DNA from: Paragordius varius
Lineage: Eukaryota > Animalia > Nematomorpha
Reading direction: 5' to 3'
Length of the DNA: 64,000 bases
Assembly: GCA_964247055.1 (NCBI GenBank)
Contig: OZ176051.1
Location: 4,216,001-4,280,000, forward strand
In this document: positions 50,201-64,000 of the stretch, in pieces
Position numbering within the stretch: position 1 is the first letter of the stretch
How the letters are laid out: every line of letters starts with the position of its first letter
Made by a program: the position numbers and the translations under genes
The notes under the pieces: generated by a model
What the model was told of the DNA's origin: nothing
The model's database searches: none
Seen by the model: only the letters and a program-made list of their open reading frames with translations

Positions 50201-53200
50201 TTTAATAAATAAGTAAAATTTTTAAGTTCAAACTCGCTAATTCATTATGTACTATAAATTTTTGATACATTGATATATACAGGTTAAAATTACTATCATT
50301 TGGATAAATTAGCAAGAACAAAACATTAAAAATTTATTAATTTTATAAAACCGCAATTTTCACATGTTTTTTAAATGTCGAAAATATTTGATAATTAATA
50401 ACAAATAACAATGATACAAAAAAAATTAAATTTGAAATTTGTTAAAAACCGCCATTTTTACCTGTATTTTCTAAAATTTACAAATTAGTAATTAATTACA
50501 ATTAACAATGTTAAATAAAAAACAAAAAAATTAAATTTGACTAAATTTAAAAACCGCAATTTTTACCTGATTAAAATGTCAATACATAAAAATTGACAAT
50601 GAATAACATAAAAACAAAAACAATCCAAAATCTACTTAAATTTTAACAAATATATAACCTGTATTTTAATTACTAATAGCAACTATATAAAATAATACCA
50701 ATATCGATTAATACAGGTATTTATCATGTTGAAAAATAGTAATTGTTGAATTTAATTATTAATCTTAAATAATAAAATACCCATTTTACTATTTATTAAA
50801 TTATTAAAGATAAAAACCCACAAAATTCCGCATCTAAATACGTAACAACAATATTTCAAATGTTAACATAAATTGCTATAATATTCTCAAAATTTAACAT
50901 TACAAAATATCCATCAAATTTAAGTGAAGGGTTAGTAGTTAGTGTATTTTCATTTTTTACCAAAGATCTCCGACGCCCTTCCCCTTCATTTTTTACTTTT
51001 TTAAAGAATATGATATGTTAATACCATATTGCTCTTGTTTTTTATTCTTTACCAAATATTAATACCCAATTAACGAAAAAAAGTAAATCTTTAACGATAT
51101 AAAGTTTACATGACTGTATGTTTTTTTTTCAAAGTCGGTCACGTTTTATTATTTTTTGTATGAATCAAATAATTTATCTCTTTTTGAAAATTGAGCATTT
51201 TTTAAGGGCAGTCATTGCTAAAGTATCGTATATCCTAAATCAAAGGTTTAATAAAAACAATTAAATTTTATATTTTAGCTATTCAAATAAGTAATAGCTA
51301 TACATCATACACGATATCTCATCTGCACAATTCCGAAGTTATTTGGCAAAAAGAACAAATAAATACACCAAATAACCATTTTCCCTTTTTATGGTGCCTT
51401 AAAGAATCCGAAAAAACTACTAATGACTACAAAATAATGGTTTATTTTAATCTCATTTAGGCAGCTTAGTGATTTTTTTATTTGAATATTATGTTTTATT
51501 AGAGTACCTATTAGAAATTTAAAATAAGAAAACTATAATATTGTGTTGATAGGTAATGATTAACAATACTATTAAATACTGGCTTAGAATATTTTCCTCG
51601 GCAAAGTTAATCTATATTTTTTACATAATATAAAAAATGTTTTAAGTTATAAATGGAATTCGGTCCCAAAAATGATACCGAATATCTGCATAAACCAATC
51701 AATGAAACCAATAAAACCAACACATAAAAACAATAATAATTTAAAATAAAAAATTAATATGCATTTAAATTAAATATAAATAAATTATTGCTAGATTATT
51801 TTAATTAACACATGTTTACGATTTCCAGACTGGTCATATTTTGAGAATGGTAACAGTCACGCTTAGAAGCATAAACCACACACATTAAAATATTTTTTAT
51901 ATAAATAATAAAGATAATTTTAAATCTTGGAAATAAAAAATATTATACAAGAGATAACGTAAATAATAAAAGTGCAATCCCAAAAGCTCCGTATATATGT
52001 TAATAAATATGTAAACTAATTTGTAAAATGTATTTTATCAAAAGCTATCGTTGAAAAACTCATTCCTATTGCAAAAAATATATCTACAAGTCAAGCAAAT
52101 GGATAACTTATTACCATTTTCAGAAGATATAAGCGATGATTTGATACCAAAGAATATTTATAAAACTCCTGGCGCAACCCTTAAAACTCAGGGTTCAGGA
52201 GATGATATGTCGAATTATAAATTATCAATGAGGTACAGCAAAAATGGCATAGATTTTATCGAATTCAATGAGATTTCAAGTGACACCCTTTTAAGCAATT
52301 TGACGGAGCTTAATGCAACCACCAAAGATTCTATAACGAGCGAAACTACCATCGCAAATAATCGTTTTTTTCTACTGGATTTCACCAAACTTAATTTACT
52401 CATTGAGGCAACTCATTTGGAATTTACTTTGAATATACCTAAAGATAATCCGACCTCAAAATATTACAATAATTATCGTGCGTGCCTTGGAATAGCTATT
52501 ACAGGATGTCGAAGATACAAATGCCCTTTTGGTAAAACATGAAACTCATTTTTACATTTTATAAAACTTTTTAGCCAACTAATGTTAATTTTCCATGTTT
52601 TAGATGCTAATCCATGCTCAAAAGATAACAATAATGCCGGCTGTAGTCATATATGTTCACCAGCAAATAACGAAAAAGGCTATGAATGCAGTTGTCCCGC
52701 TGGATGGAAACTATACACAATTGAAAATCCAAACTTAAACGGACAATTAAAATTGAATCATAGCTGTTTACGTAAGATTAAAGATAAAATAATTATCATA
52801 GTACTTATTGTCTTAATTGCATGTTTTTGAAATTGTTTTTTATGTTAGAAAGTTTGTAATAATAATCTGCTTATTTTCTGATTTTTTAGTTAGGTAATTA
52901 TTCATTATAAATCTGAATGTCATCTCCCATAGTTTCGATTTCATCGAATCTAATATTGGCTAAAGTTTTTTTGCTGTTTAAATAATTAAAGCGCCGTATT
53001 CCCGACTATCTATATTAGATATAAGACATGCTCGGATTATAAGGACGCTCATCATTATTAAGGTTGTTTGTGCAATTGCTCTCTCCTTACTTAATGCTTT
53101 ATTTTTTGCCATACATACTCATTTTATATTTTTTATTAGGTATAAGCTGTGGCACATTTCCCATCTCTCAATTAAAAAACGGTCAACTAATGTCTAAAAA

Positions 53201-56200
53201 ATTTTGGGAGCATGATGTTTTAACTAGCTCGGTTCATGACTTAAGCCCTGTTAAAAATATTCTGATGTTATACAATGATGTTCAAATCTATACAAATGAT
53301 AAAACCCATATGAATTCTGTGGGCTGGTATCAAGATGCTATTACCATGAGTTGCAATGTAGGTTATCAATTGGCAGGGCACAGCGTTTCACGGTGTGAAG
53401 CTGATGGAAAATGGACCAACCTAGAACCGCTCCCCAAATGTGATTGTATGCATTAAAATTTTTAGCGGATATATGACTTTTGAAATTTAAAAAATATAAA
53501 CTGGATAAAATTTATTTTATATAGATGCCTTTTGTAAAAATCTATTTATTAATGATGACAAATCCGAATCTGGATTGTTAACCGTTAACTCGGATGCTCC
53601 CTTTGTAAGCTATGGATCTGCCGTAAGATTTCAATGCAGTAAGCCAGGGTATACAGTAGGAAACACGGCTTACAGTGGTCATCGATTTTGCATGTATCAA
53701 CCAAAAACTCTTGTTAATAATAAAACCTCATCTATGCTTTCCATATCCAATTATGAAATGTATGGGGATCCAGCCAAATGCAAACGTATTTTACTTTTAT
53801 CGATAACACTTAATTTCGATCGGAAAACTTGTTACGCATATTTCAAATTATATCAAACATATTTTTATCAGCTTGTGTCGGGGTGATAAATAAAAATATT
53901 TTGACTCTGTTTTTACTAAATCTTAATTCTCTAGCAAACAAATTTTATAAATCCAAATCGGGTTAACTCAGTAATTACTTTGGGACCATATTAAACATAT
54001 TTGATAAAGAAATAATCGATACCGCATAAAATTTATAATAATTTAATAATTTGCCACATGAAAAATTCCAATGTTTAGTGTTTGAAATAAACGTATATAA
54101 TTTTTGGAAATGATGGATTCGTTGCATTTTATATATTACTAACCCTAAGTTACCACATGATTAATGCGCCTTTAGCAATTATTTAGGGGATAATGGCGGT
54201 ATCATGTATTACCCCAATCCAATAATTATAAAATCACCGGATTTATGGTTTTAATGTAGACCTTCGCTGGACGTAACATCTCTCTAAATTATCAGTGTTA
54301 TCTAATAAAAAAAATTATGACATAAACTTCTTCATCAAAAAGAATATTTGCTATTTCTTTAAATTATATTCTCTTGACACATGACCTGTATTTTTAATTA
54401 AAATCTCTTTGTAAATTTTTAATATATTTATGATAATATACCAATCTAAATGAGCAAACAGTTATAAGCGCCAGATACACTTAATATTAAAACAAAAGTT
54501 TTAAACATAATTATTTATTTAAATATTTGTAGCTATAAGTTGCGGAAAACCCATGTCTCTGCCTCTTTCCCTATACACTTACCACACTAAGCACCACCAT
54601 GATGATCAAGATTCAGAAACTGATTATATATTCAACTCCCAATTTAGTTTGTCATGTGTTAAAGGGGGTGTTTTAATTGGGAACTCTAGTTATGGCGACA
54701 ATATTGTTAGATGTGGCTTTGATGGTCTCTGGGATTTCGGTGATCTCAGATGCACTGGTAAAATGAATATTATATTATATAGTAATAATTTCAGATAATT
54801 TTAATTAACCTTCCATAATGCATATTTACTAATTAGGGCCGTCCTGTTCTGATCCTGGGATTCCTGTATATGGTAAACAAATTGCCGATTCTTATGAAGT
54901 TGATTCAATCGTCAAGTTTGAGTGTGTTAAAAAAGGCTATCAACCATCATTTTCTGCCATAAAATGTTTAGCACAATACGATGGTATAATCTAGTATTTA
55001 TATTTAAGCATTCAAATCTCTACGAAGATTTTATCTAAGTTTGACAAAATACAAATTAGCCATTTTAATATATAAATTTACATTGTGTCACTAGAAAACG
55101 ATAATATTGTTCCTCGATGGAATATTACAAATCCAATTCCACAATGCCTTGACATAGAGCCTCCTAAATTTTTGGAGAATCCGTTGTGTACCCCAACTCC
55201 AAATATTAATGAAACTAATGAAATAAAAATACTTTATTTAACCAATACCACTAATGGGCCAGTGTTCGATCTTTTAGAGAATTTACACATAAATGCGTAC
55301 ATGGATGCTTTTGGCAAAAATATACCACAAAATTTGGGTTATCCGCTTGTAAAAGCTCAAGATAATTCTGGGCTAGTCGTGAAATATGAGGTGTACCCCT
55401 ACTGGTTTTCGATTTCTAATTATCCAAAACACCTTACAAACCAAATCATTCAGTTTAGGGCATATGATCTAGCTCGGAATGTCGGTTATTGTTTGATGAA
55501 AATAGTTATACGTGGTAAAATTTTACTCTATATAGGAAGCAAATTTATAATTTTTGGATACATAACTTACCAGCTTTTAGAATCCAAAATATTTGGCGGT
55601 CACATTGGTATAGTGTAAACAAACACAGAGCCTATTTTAAGGATTAAAAAAAATAAAATATATTAATTGATATAATTCAAAAAGTATAATATGGTAAAGG
55701 TCAAAATTTATCCATTATTTTTATATATTTTTTCATTAAAAATTGTAAAAATATTATTATAGGAGTAATTAAGGGTTTACAAAATTTTTATAGCATTTTT
55801 TTTTAAAATAAAAGCATATGATTTATTTTGTTCGGTAGAGGAGACTATTTAAAATATGAATATTTTTTATAATTTTAATTATTTTAGTATTTTGCTGTGA
55901 ATTTATATCAAAAAGTTTATTATTGTTTTCCACCTTACATATCGAACTAGATGTGTCATATTATTTAAACGACTAATGTCCTTTGAATCCATGTAATTAT
56001 AAAAATATTTTTTCTTTTATTCAAAAAATCTGATGCCTTTTCAATACCTTCTTATATAAATTACACTGTTCAACAAGGTTTTGCACCACCCCATTATTTT
56101 TGCATTTTCTGATACTTAATGGCATGGAAAGGCCAAAACAAAAAAGAAAATTGAGGCCACCAAAAAGATTTTTCCAAAATTTAATTTTTAAATTTGTATT

Positions 56201-59200
56201 TAATTCAAAAATAACAATCATTCCTCGTGTACATATGTTTAAATATTCAAACAAGCAAGTCGATACAAGTAATATTCCATGCATGGATAACAAATTCTAG
56301 GCATTAAATAAGATACTAAAGAAGCTAAGAGCCAAAGTATTAAAAATCTAAAAGGAGCTTATGTATAGTGTGATAGATATGGGCGGCTGCACAAGCTCTG
56401 CATATCCCCCAAGCGATCCTATAATTATGCCAGATATGGCACAGATAACAATAAGTAATCGTAAAGTTCGATAAGAGAGACTTGCAAGCAAAATTGTGGC
56501 AAATTGACATGTCAATTAACCAATTTACAGAATAAAATTAGATAAATTCTACAATTAAATTGAATAAAAAGATTAGGTAGATACAAATGGTCCAATCCCA
56601 TAACAGTAAATTCTACTAAAAGTGGCTACACAACATCCATCTGAAATTCAAAATACAAAACAACCAATAATTTTTAAAAAATAAGGTATATCCACTAGGT
56701 ATAAATAAAGGATTTTTTTAAGAACCAACTCAAGAGAAAAAGTCTAATAAGTACTCGAAAGAACGAAATCTAACAAAAAAATAATAGCCTATCTGAAAGC
56801 CGAAGGTTTAAATTATAGAATGCCTTTTTTAGTATCTTTTTAAAATTTTTTTATATGTGTTAAAAATTCACTTGAAAAAAAAAAGACTAAATTTTGACGT
56901 TTAAGTCCGTACTATTTTTTTCTCTCTGATATTTAAGTGACATATTTATATTCAAAAGATAGAGTTTAAAACGCTTTATTAAATGATATTAAGTTTATAA
57001 TATAATAACATTTTATTATAAAATTATATTTAATTTTCTCTCGATTTTCTCTTGTTTTTGAAAAATTGAAAAACCTATAAAATTTCAAAATTCTGATTGG
57101 CGGGATCAAAAATTTTTTCAAATTCGGTTTTAAAACACTGAAATTAGTCATAATTTAAAATGTTTGAATGGTGGTGCTTAAAAATGTCCAAATTTGTCGA
57201 CTAGTGTTATCAAAGCTTATTGAAACCAAAGTATATAAATAAATGTGCTTTAATATTATCTATAAGTACGTTATGTATTTGGATATTTTAAATCACAAAT
57301 TATTTATTACAAAAAATTTATCGAAAACAGATAAAACCAAAATTAGTTTGAGTTTATTTAATTTATATGCAACGTTATTGACCCCAAATTTGTTTCAATT
57401 CTGAAAGCCGGTTGATTTTTATATTTAAATATATTTGCACCTCAAGCTGGTCTTTTAACAGTTGATGTTAATAAATTAAGGCTTGAAAATTGGTCCTGAA
57501 ACATTTCAAGTTGATACTAAATAAAATTAGGAATATATTTTTAAACGCAAACAATTTTTTGAATGAAAAGGTCAATATAATCATATTAAAAATGGATAAA
57601 ATAGATAAACACATTCAATAAAATAATACGCAAACTTGAAATGTTTTTAAGGACCAACTTGAGAATGATATATAGCGAAAATTCAAAAACTACTTTTCAA
57701 TCATGAATTTTAATTACATATAATACCATGCTAGATATTAATCCGCCTAAAATTGAATGTCCCATTAGTTACACTCATTATCTGCCTTTAAATTTTACCA
57801 TTCAAAATGACGTAATCGATCCGGACTTCGATGAATACGACGATGAGGACTCAATCATTGACACCAGGGAAGTTAAAGAACGAAAGCAAAATGTCAAAAA
57901 ATGGATAACAATGGACTCCACAAAAAATGGAGGAAATAAAAAAATGCAATCTCCCGTTCATTATATGGACATTACATCTTTTTTTCCAATTAAGGTTTCG
58001 GATGATTCGGGTGCCGTCCCAAAGATATCTTATAATGTCGATAATCCCCACAAAGTAGCAATTCCAATAAATTCTTTCATTCTCGTAATAGTAAGTGCAG
58101 TAGATGGATCTGGTAATAACGCTTTTTGTAGTTTTCAGATTAGTGTTAAATACAGCTCCTGTTCTGAGCTTGTACTCCTGGACAGTTTAACTGATTATAT
58201 TAATCCAAAATACCTAAATAGTCATTCCACGCAATTAAAACTACCATTGTACAAATGTTATACGGCACCAAAAATTATGAACAAAAAGAATCAAACGAAT
58301 CCCACCATACAGAATAAAATCACAAATGAAAATGAAAGTATTTGTCAATTCAAATGTCCTCCCGGATTTTTATTTATAAATAAATTTGATATGTCTGATC
58401 GCAAATATGTTTACAAAAATTTGTATGAGAATATGGACGATGAAATGCGAAAAAGTCTTTCATTATCCCAACAAATAGATTTTAAATGTTCACCTTCAAC
58501 ACGTAATCAATGGTATCCGCAGAAATATGTTCCGTTATGTATTCAGTTCTCAAGTAAGCGTTTTATTACCCCATAATAAAAATTCACAATTATGCATACC
58601 TATATATATTTTTCTAGATGCAACTCAACCATCACATACTTTATCGATTGCCATTCAGTATCGATCATCAGCAAATGACGTACAAATGTCTGATAAAAGG
58701 TGCTTAGACTTTTTTAAAAATCAAATATTAAACGAAATATTGCCTACTGTAACATCCGACTTACAAAAAGTTTGTACACGAGAAGGTTTAGTAAACGTGC
58801 GAGTCCTGTTAAAATCCGTGGACATAAATGAAAATGAAGTAATTATATATTTCTTACGGTATACATTGGCCATTTATAATCGTATAACTATTTTTTTTAA
58901 AAAATCATATTTTTTCTAGATGAGTCTTAGATACAGATTTTTGATCAGTGTGGCTGAGCTAACAACATCACACCTGAATAATGAAAATGAATATGAAATT
59001 AATAAATGCATATCAGCGCTTCGCATCATTTTTGACTTAAAGCTAAAGGAAATAAGACCGCTAATGAAACTTGATATCAGCAGGAACAATGGGCCACCTA
59101 ACTTTATCCTCCCTAATAATTGTCCTGAGAAGCTTTTTGCGTCCTATACAACGCTAGAAACGGGTAAAAATTGGTGCCCTTCAGACACATCCTACTACAC

Positions 59201-62200
59201 CCATTTTCATAATACAAACGATGACGATGAAAATCAAGCCGACATTAATATTGGGAAAAAATTGGTCTTTTTAGCTTCTAAAGAAACGAGGGATTCAAAA
59301 CGATGCAGTATATAGTTTTAAATTTATATGGAAACATTATATAATTTAAATGGTATGAAATATTTTTTTATTTAATATAACTATTTAAAAACATTGCTTT
59401 TGTGTGCAACTAATTTATCTGAACGGGTTGAACGCATCTAAAACCCTTCTTAAAATGTTAAATTTAATTTTAGTATTGGGTTGTCTATTTTACTATGCCT
59501 ATAAGCGGAAAATTAAACTGTGTATCGAATTTCTTAAAAATAAATTAGTCAAAACACTACTTAATAATAATTATATTAAAACCATTAATTTTGACGACAT
59601 ATTCAAATTCTTTGACTGGTCATTTGGAAAAAGGTTACAGTGATAGTAGGGAAATCTAGTGTCCAACAACCCAATACAGTAATGTTAACATCTTATTCTA
59701 TCAGTTATTAATCAAATTAGACTTACTCATTTATTATTTTTATTTCACTTACATTTGTCAAATCTTCATGATAGTTAAATGCCCGATCGGAACGTACGTT
59801 TATAACGCAACATGTATTCCATGCCCTCATGGAACTTATCAAGATAAATTGCATGAAAGTGTGTGCAAGATATGTCCGGTTGGCATGACGACTGAAACTG
59901 TAAATTCAATAAGTATTGATCAATGTAAACGTAAGTGTTTTTTTTTAGAAATTGCATCTGTTTCAATATATATATATATATAGATTCCTTTAATTAATAT
60001 AATAATCGACATTATACGAAAAATTAATTGATAAACAATTGATTCCGATGTTAAATGTATTAGAATACTCACGAAGCGTAAATAGGGGATCCAATCATAT
60101 AGTTTAGGGCTATATCGTATTTATAAGTTATTGAAAATTGGCAAATTTCCATGGTGATTAAAACTAGTTCATGCTCCAAATTTCATGTGATTGATTGAAA
60201 TATTGGGTGCACACTAAATAAAGTATTCGATCTTCTACATTTGCCATACGCTTTTCTTATGTTTGTGCCAGATTCATATTTTCCATGGCGTATGATTTAA
60301 CCAAATGCCCATTTAAATTATTTTCATAGAGAAATGGATTGTTTAGATATATATAAACCGATTAATTATTTTCTATTCACGATTGATATGGAAGGAAAAA
60401 CGTTTCTAGAGGAAGTTGATATCATTTGTATCCAAGGTAGGGGAATTCGACTAATATAATTTTAGTCAAGGCATTTAATTTAACTAAGATTTGACTACTA
60501 TGCTTAAGCATGATTCAAAGAAATTTAAATAGCTATTTTGTGACACCATTTTCACACAACAAACAGAAAACAAAATAGTCAAACCAGTTATATTCTAACA
60601 ACTAAGACAAACCTTAAAAAGGTTCTCACATAAGCTTTTTTTGCTGCGTTTTTGTGCTAAAAGGCATTTAGATTTTACAACGTAAAATATTTAAACATAC
60701 ACACATTTTTCATATAATGCAATTAACACAATACAAAAATTGTACCATAAGTTTTTATATTTTTCATATTGAGTCAATAATTTCGGTCACAACTATTGAG
60801 CTGCTATATGTTTTATTTTTTTATTGCTTAATATGTTTTTTTTGAAACACCCGAATGTACATTATTACTCTACCATTTAAAAAATATATGCTATTAATTT
60901 TAGTTATGTGCATACCCGGCACCTATTCAAGTTACAGCAATAACAACGAACGTATTACAGGAAGTAATGGTGGATTAGTACCCTGTACAGCATGTCCTAA
61001 AAATACATTTAGCCGACTCTATGGGTCCCCCATATGCATACCTTGTCCAGGTCGCAAAATTACATCTGGAGTTGGTGCCAGTAGTATTGATTACTGCATA
61101 GAACCTTGCCCCCTTGGTTTCTACTCCCCTACGGGTAATAAAATTAGTGTAACTTGGCCTAAAAAGTTTGTAGACACTATAAATATATAGCACATTGGGT
61201 CAGGTATATGACGGCCCAAAAAATAAGTGATTAGAATGCAATTTGTTAAGCTCAAAAAACCAGTCAATAAAAAACAAATGTAGATGCATGTTGCAACAAA
61301 ATAACAAAATGTTTTCATTATAAGATATAAAAATTTTGAAAAAAATGGTAAAATACATTTTCCCTAAATTTAAGGTTGATAACATCTATTTTTTATCACC
61401 TGAAAATCATTGTTCTTTTGAATGTTTTGAGAGTCTCACAGTCTCGGTCATAAATTAATTTAGGAAACCGGGAAGTTGGTCAGACCCAACCCTAACAGTA
61501 CGCATTATATATATAAATATTATTTCCGTTTTTTTTCCAGGTCAAATTCCATGCCAACCTTGTCCTCGTATGTACTATCAAGATGAGCGAGGCGCTACAC
61601 ACTGTAAAGAGTGCCCAAAAATGTTAACTACATTTAACACTGGAGCCACATCTTTGCTAAAATGTTATGAGAGTATAGAAGCCAATTTCTTGCATAAATT
61701 TTCTATCGAAGAGCCAACTGTATTAAAACTTATACCAGACCCTAAACGGAGAAATGAAATATTTGATTATAATATAATGAATTTGATACCACCTCTACCC
61801 CAAGAATTCATTTCCACAATAAACACTTGGAACAAAACATCAAATTATTCTTACGACTATTTATCTGACCTCGAACACAATCTGGAAGTATTAGAAACCG
61901 GGCCCACAGCATCAACGTACTTTAAACAGCCAATTTCTAATTTCAAAGAGCTGATGTATGGAATGGAAATTTTGTCAATCAAAACAAATAGTAATAAAGA
62001 TGATTGTGAAAAAGACTGCTGGGATTCATTGGTAAATTTTATTAGTGGTAGAATTTTTGTTTTAGCAATTGGAATAGAAATATTAATAACCTTTTGTATT
62101 GGAACCCAAACCATATTTTTTCCTAAACCGTTTTGACACTCCACAAAATTCCAAAAAAATCAATCGTTTATGTCCGAAAAACGGTTAAACTGATTTACAA

Positions 62201-64000
62201 ATTTTATGATGTTTTTAATTTTTAATACTGTTCACCTTATTTATCAATCTTCTATAATTTTTATTTACAAAAATATATTGAATCCTACAGTAAAGCATAA
62301 TTTGGGTTTGCACGCATGTGTTTTTGCGTCTGCTCTTAAACATTCCCAAATTAGGAAATCCGTAAATTGAAAAAAAAGAAAAACGGAATGAGGGCCATTT
62401 AATTAAAAAACTATGGAACCAGAATCAATGTTTCGTTCGCAAAATACACTAAAAAACCGAATTCAAAACTTTTTTGGTTAAAAAAATTTGGAAGGATTTG
62501 TGAACCGTATTTTTTTTTAAAGGAGCCCGAACTAGATACAATAAAATAATAAAGGAATTAAGAAGGTTCTATTTCCGATTTAGGGTTTTTTCATTTATAT
62601 AATTTTGTTGATATAATAATTGACTACCTCCAGAACTATATCAAACTTACATGCTTTTTTAATTATAAGAATAGGTATTTTAGACGTATATTTTAGAATG
62701 GTTATTGCATTTTTACTTTGAATATTTGCATGAGGTCCGCATAACTCGCTGTGATCCATATTTTTGATTAAATTATTAAAATGCAACTTATGTTATTTTC
62801 AGGAGTAAGTTTTGTACGAAAGCCTATTATACCCCGGTGTGGTTAATTTTAATTGACAATTTTAGGTTAATTTTTATTTTTAACCTAGATTAGACGAAAA
62901 TAAAAAGGCTTTTTGATTGCCACCTTAGTTTTACGCTTATTTTCGCAAACAATAATCATAATTTTAAACAAAAATATTTGATTAATTTATTAATCAATGT
63001 TAACAGGTGTGTTCTGCTTTTCGCTATTGGTCGGAACAGGAAATATGTGGCTTATTTTCTATTTCGTCCACAAATAAACCCGAATCTCTAAATATGACCC
63101 TGTATATAAAGAATCTAAAAAATGAGCCAAGATTAATAACGAAACGTGACATTGAAGATAACCCATCCCAACGTTTAATTTTGATCAAGGATTTATCAAG
63201 CGCTCATTTTTGCTCATTTGGTCATTCCTCGGAAAATGCTGAAAAAATGTTATCCCAATCTTTAGGCTGTACGGGGAATCGCATTCTAACTTTTATTGAT
63301 GCATCATTTGAAGCCATATATTATAATACGGCAAAGGAAAGTGAATCTCTTAATAAAACATTGGATGATTACTTACAACAAATGATAAATACTTCATGGA
63401 CTTTTACACAAACTTTTTCATCGGATCCTAAAGTCCTAGCAAGACATCGCTCTAATGTCTGTCAAAAAATCTTTGAAACTGTTTCGCAATTTGTTAATTT
63501 TAATGATGGAACTGACATAAACAAAAATATTAGGACTGGGCTAATGACATTACCCATATCCCTAACAACAAATCACAACAAAAACAATGTTTCAATTACT
63601 AGTTGCGAGCATGAACTCCAAAAACTATATGATACAATAGAGAATTGTGAAGGCCACCAAAATTGTCACTTGACACTTCCAGAAAAATGTTTAATTGACT
63701 ATTTTTCTACCCATTTTGACGGAAACACTAAAAATGTTTTGCAATTAGTGGGAAGGCGTTTTAAAGTTGTTATGGATTGTGTGCCCAATCCTTGCGATTA
63801 TGCCGGAGATGATTATTGCAACAATGGTGGCAAATGTCATCCTGGTAAGTATTAATAGTGATATTTTACACCCGAAATACATGATTATAACTTAAAAATA
63901 TATTTTTTGCATAGTAAATCACATGCTGACCTGCAAGTGTCCACCGGGTTTTATAGGGCCTAAATGTGATTATTATGTTTCTCCTTGCCTCATATCGCCT
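41297..64000 (+). CDS. uif: Uninflatable-like multidomain cell-surface protein: SP-CTL-LDLa-3xCUB-4xCCP-cbEGF-F5/8C-EGF-4xCCP-2xHYR-CCP-like-GCC2/3 repeats-EGF; continues past the window
   Basis: 30 phase-consistent exons (~8.6 kb, ~2870 aa): 41297-41879, 43432-43779, 43961-44059, 44212-44345, 44426-44642, 44827-44978, 45046-45256, 45389-45561, 45814-46012, 46355-46537, 46939-47133, 47692-47877, 48199-48438, 48738-49031, 51279-51439, 52045-52531, 52604-52771, 53140-53445, 53525-53785, 54533-54757, 54837-54983, 55095-55514, 57735-58553, 58618-58838, 58920-59307, 59775-59930, 60904-61134, 61541-62031, 63007-63844, 63915->64000. Motifs: [22 protein letters not shown] (LDLa), SPNYP..Y..C.W.I (CUB), DINEC (cbEGF), [13 protein letters not shown] (HYR), [16 protein letters not shown] (GCC2/3). 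The domain order matches Drosophila Uif; orthology was not tested. Confidence 0.88.
42650..43156. mobile_element. Family C element, copy 3 (uif-like intron 1), more diverged
   Basis: ttcgattcgaattaggat...ggtctgggggtcactaattaacccaatt; the interior aligns with copies 1 and 2. Confidence 0.75.
49057..51116. mobile_element. 2.06-kb palindromic non-autonomous DNA transposon, Tc1/mariner-type ends (TA|CAGT...ACTG|TA)
   Basis: TA at 49055-56 and 51117-18. Outer arms of ~560 bp are near-identical (49057-~49640 vs ~50520-51116). Inner arms are made of ~90-100-bp subrepeats (aatacaggtaaaaattgcggtttt...cattgttaattgtaattaattac), with a spacer of only ~120 bp. No ORF. Confidence 0.9.

Noticed and set aside
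51829-51890. Extra uif-like exon
   Set aside because: Exon 51279-51439 joins 52045 directly in phase 0 and gives a continuous F5/8C-like sequence.
56300-56820. Penelope GIY-YIG C-terminus (YPLGINK) in uif-like intron 22
   Set aside because: It is one short motif amid multiple stops, insufficient to call, though the stretch looks like decayed foreign sequence.

Overview
AT-rich eukaryotic (animal) genomic DNA; most entries in the ORF track are exon fragments or noise. All gene models were spliced by hand using GT-AG boundaries and frame continuity. Zone 1 (1-24 kb) is a gene-dense island: the 3' end of a Pro-rich unknown gene (+), an OATP/SLCO transporter (-, 10 exons), PLD3-family phospholipase D (+, 10 exons), TMEM14 (-), adenylate kinase AK2-type (+), a 108-aa orphan with a PLDLS motif (-), an intact SPO11 (+, 10 exons) and SDF2 (-, 6 exons). 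It includes three head-to-head pairs with only 63-216 bp between start codons. Seventeen introns here are only 21-32 nt long and sit almost all at the 5' ends of genes, while 3' introns are mostly 130-1900 nt and often contain MITEs. Zone 2 (24-41 kb) is repeat-rich with no confident gene: a 58/54-bp minisatellite and a ~6.7-kb imperfect inverted repeat whose arms are arrays of a ~310-bp dimeric unit. Zone 3 (41.3 kb to the end) is a >2870-aa Uninflatable-like cell-surface protein gene (at least 30 exons, running off the window) with a 2.06-kb TA-flanked palindromic transposon in one intron. Also present are a tRNA-derived SINE-like element, a decayed minimal hammerhead ribozyme and four MITE families. 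Tiny introns, AT bias and compact promoters suggest a reduced, probably parasitic metazoan (myxozoan-, dicyemid- or orthonectid-like); this is inference only. No rRNA, intact tRNA, CRISPR array or intact transposase was recognised.
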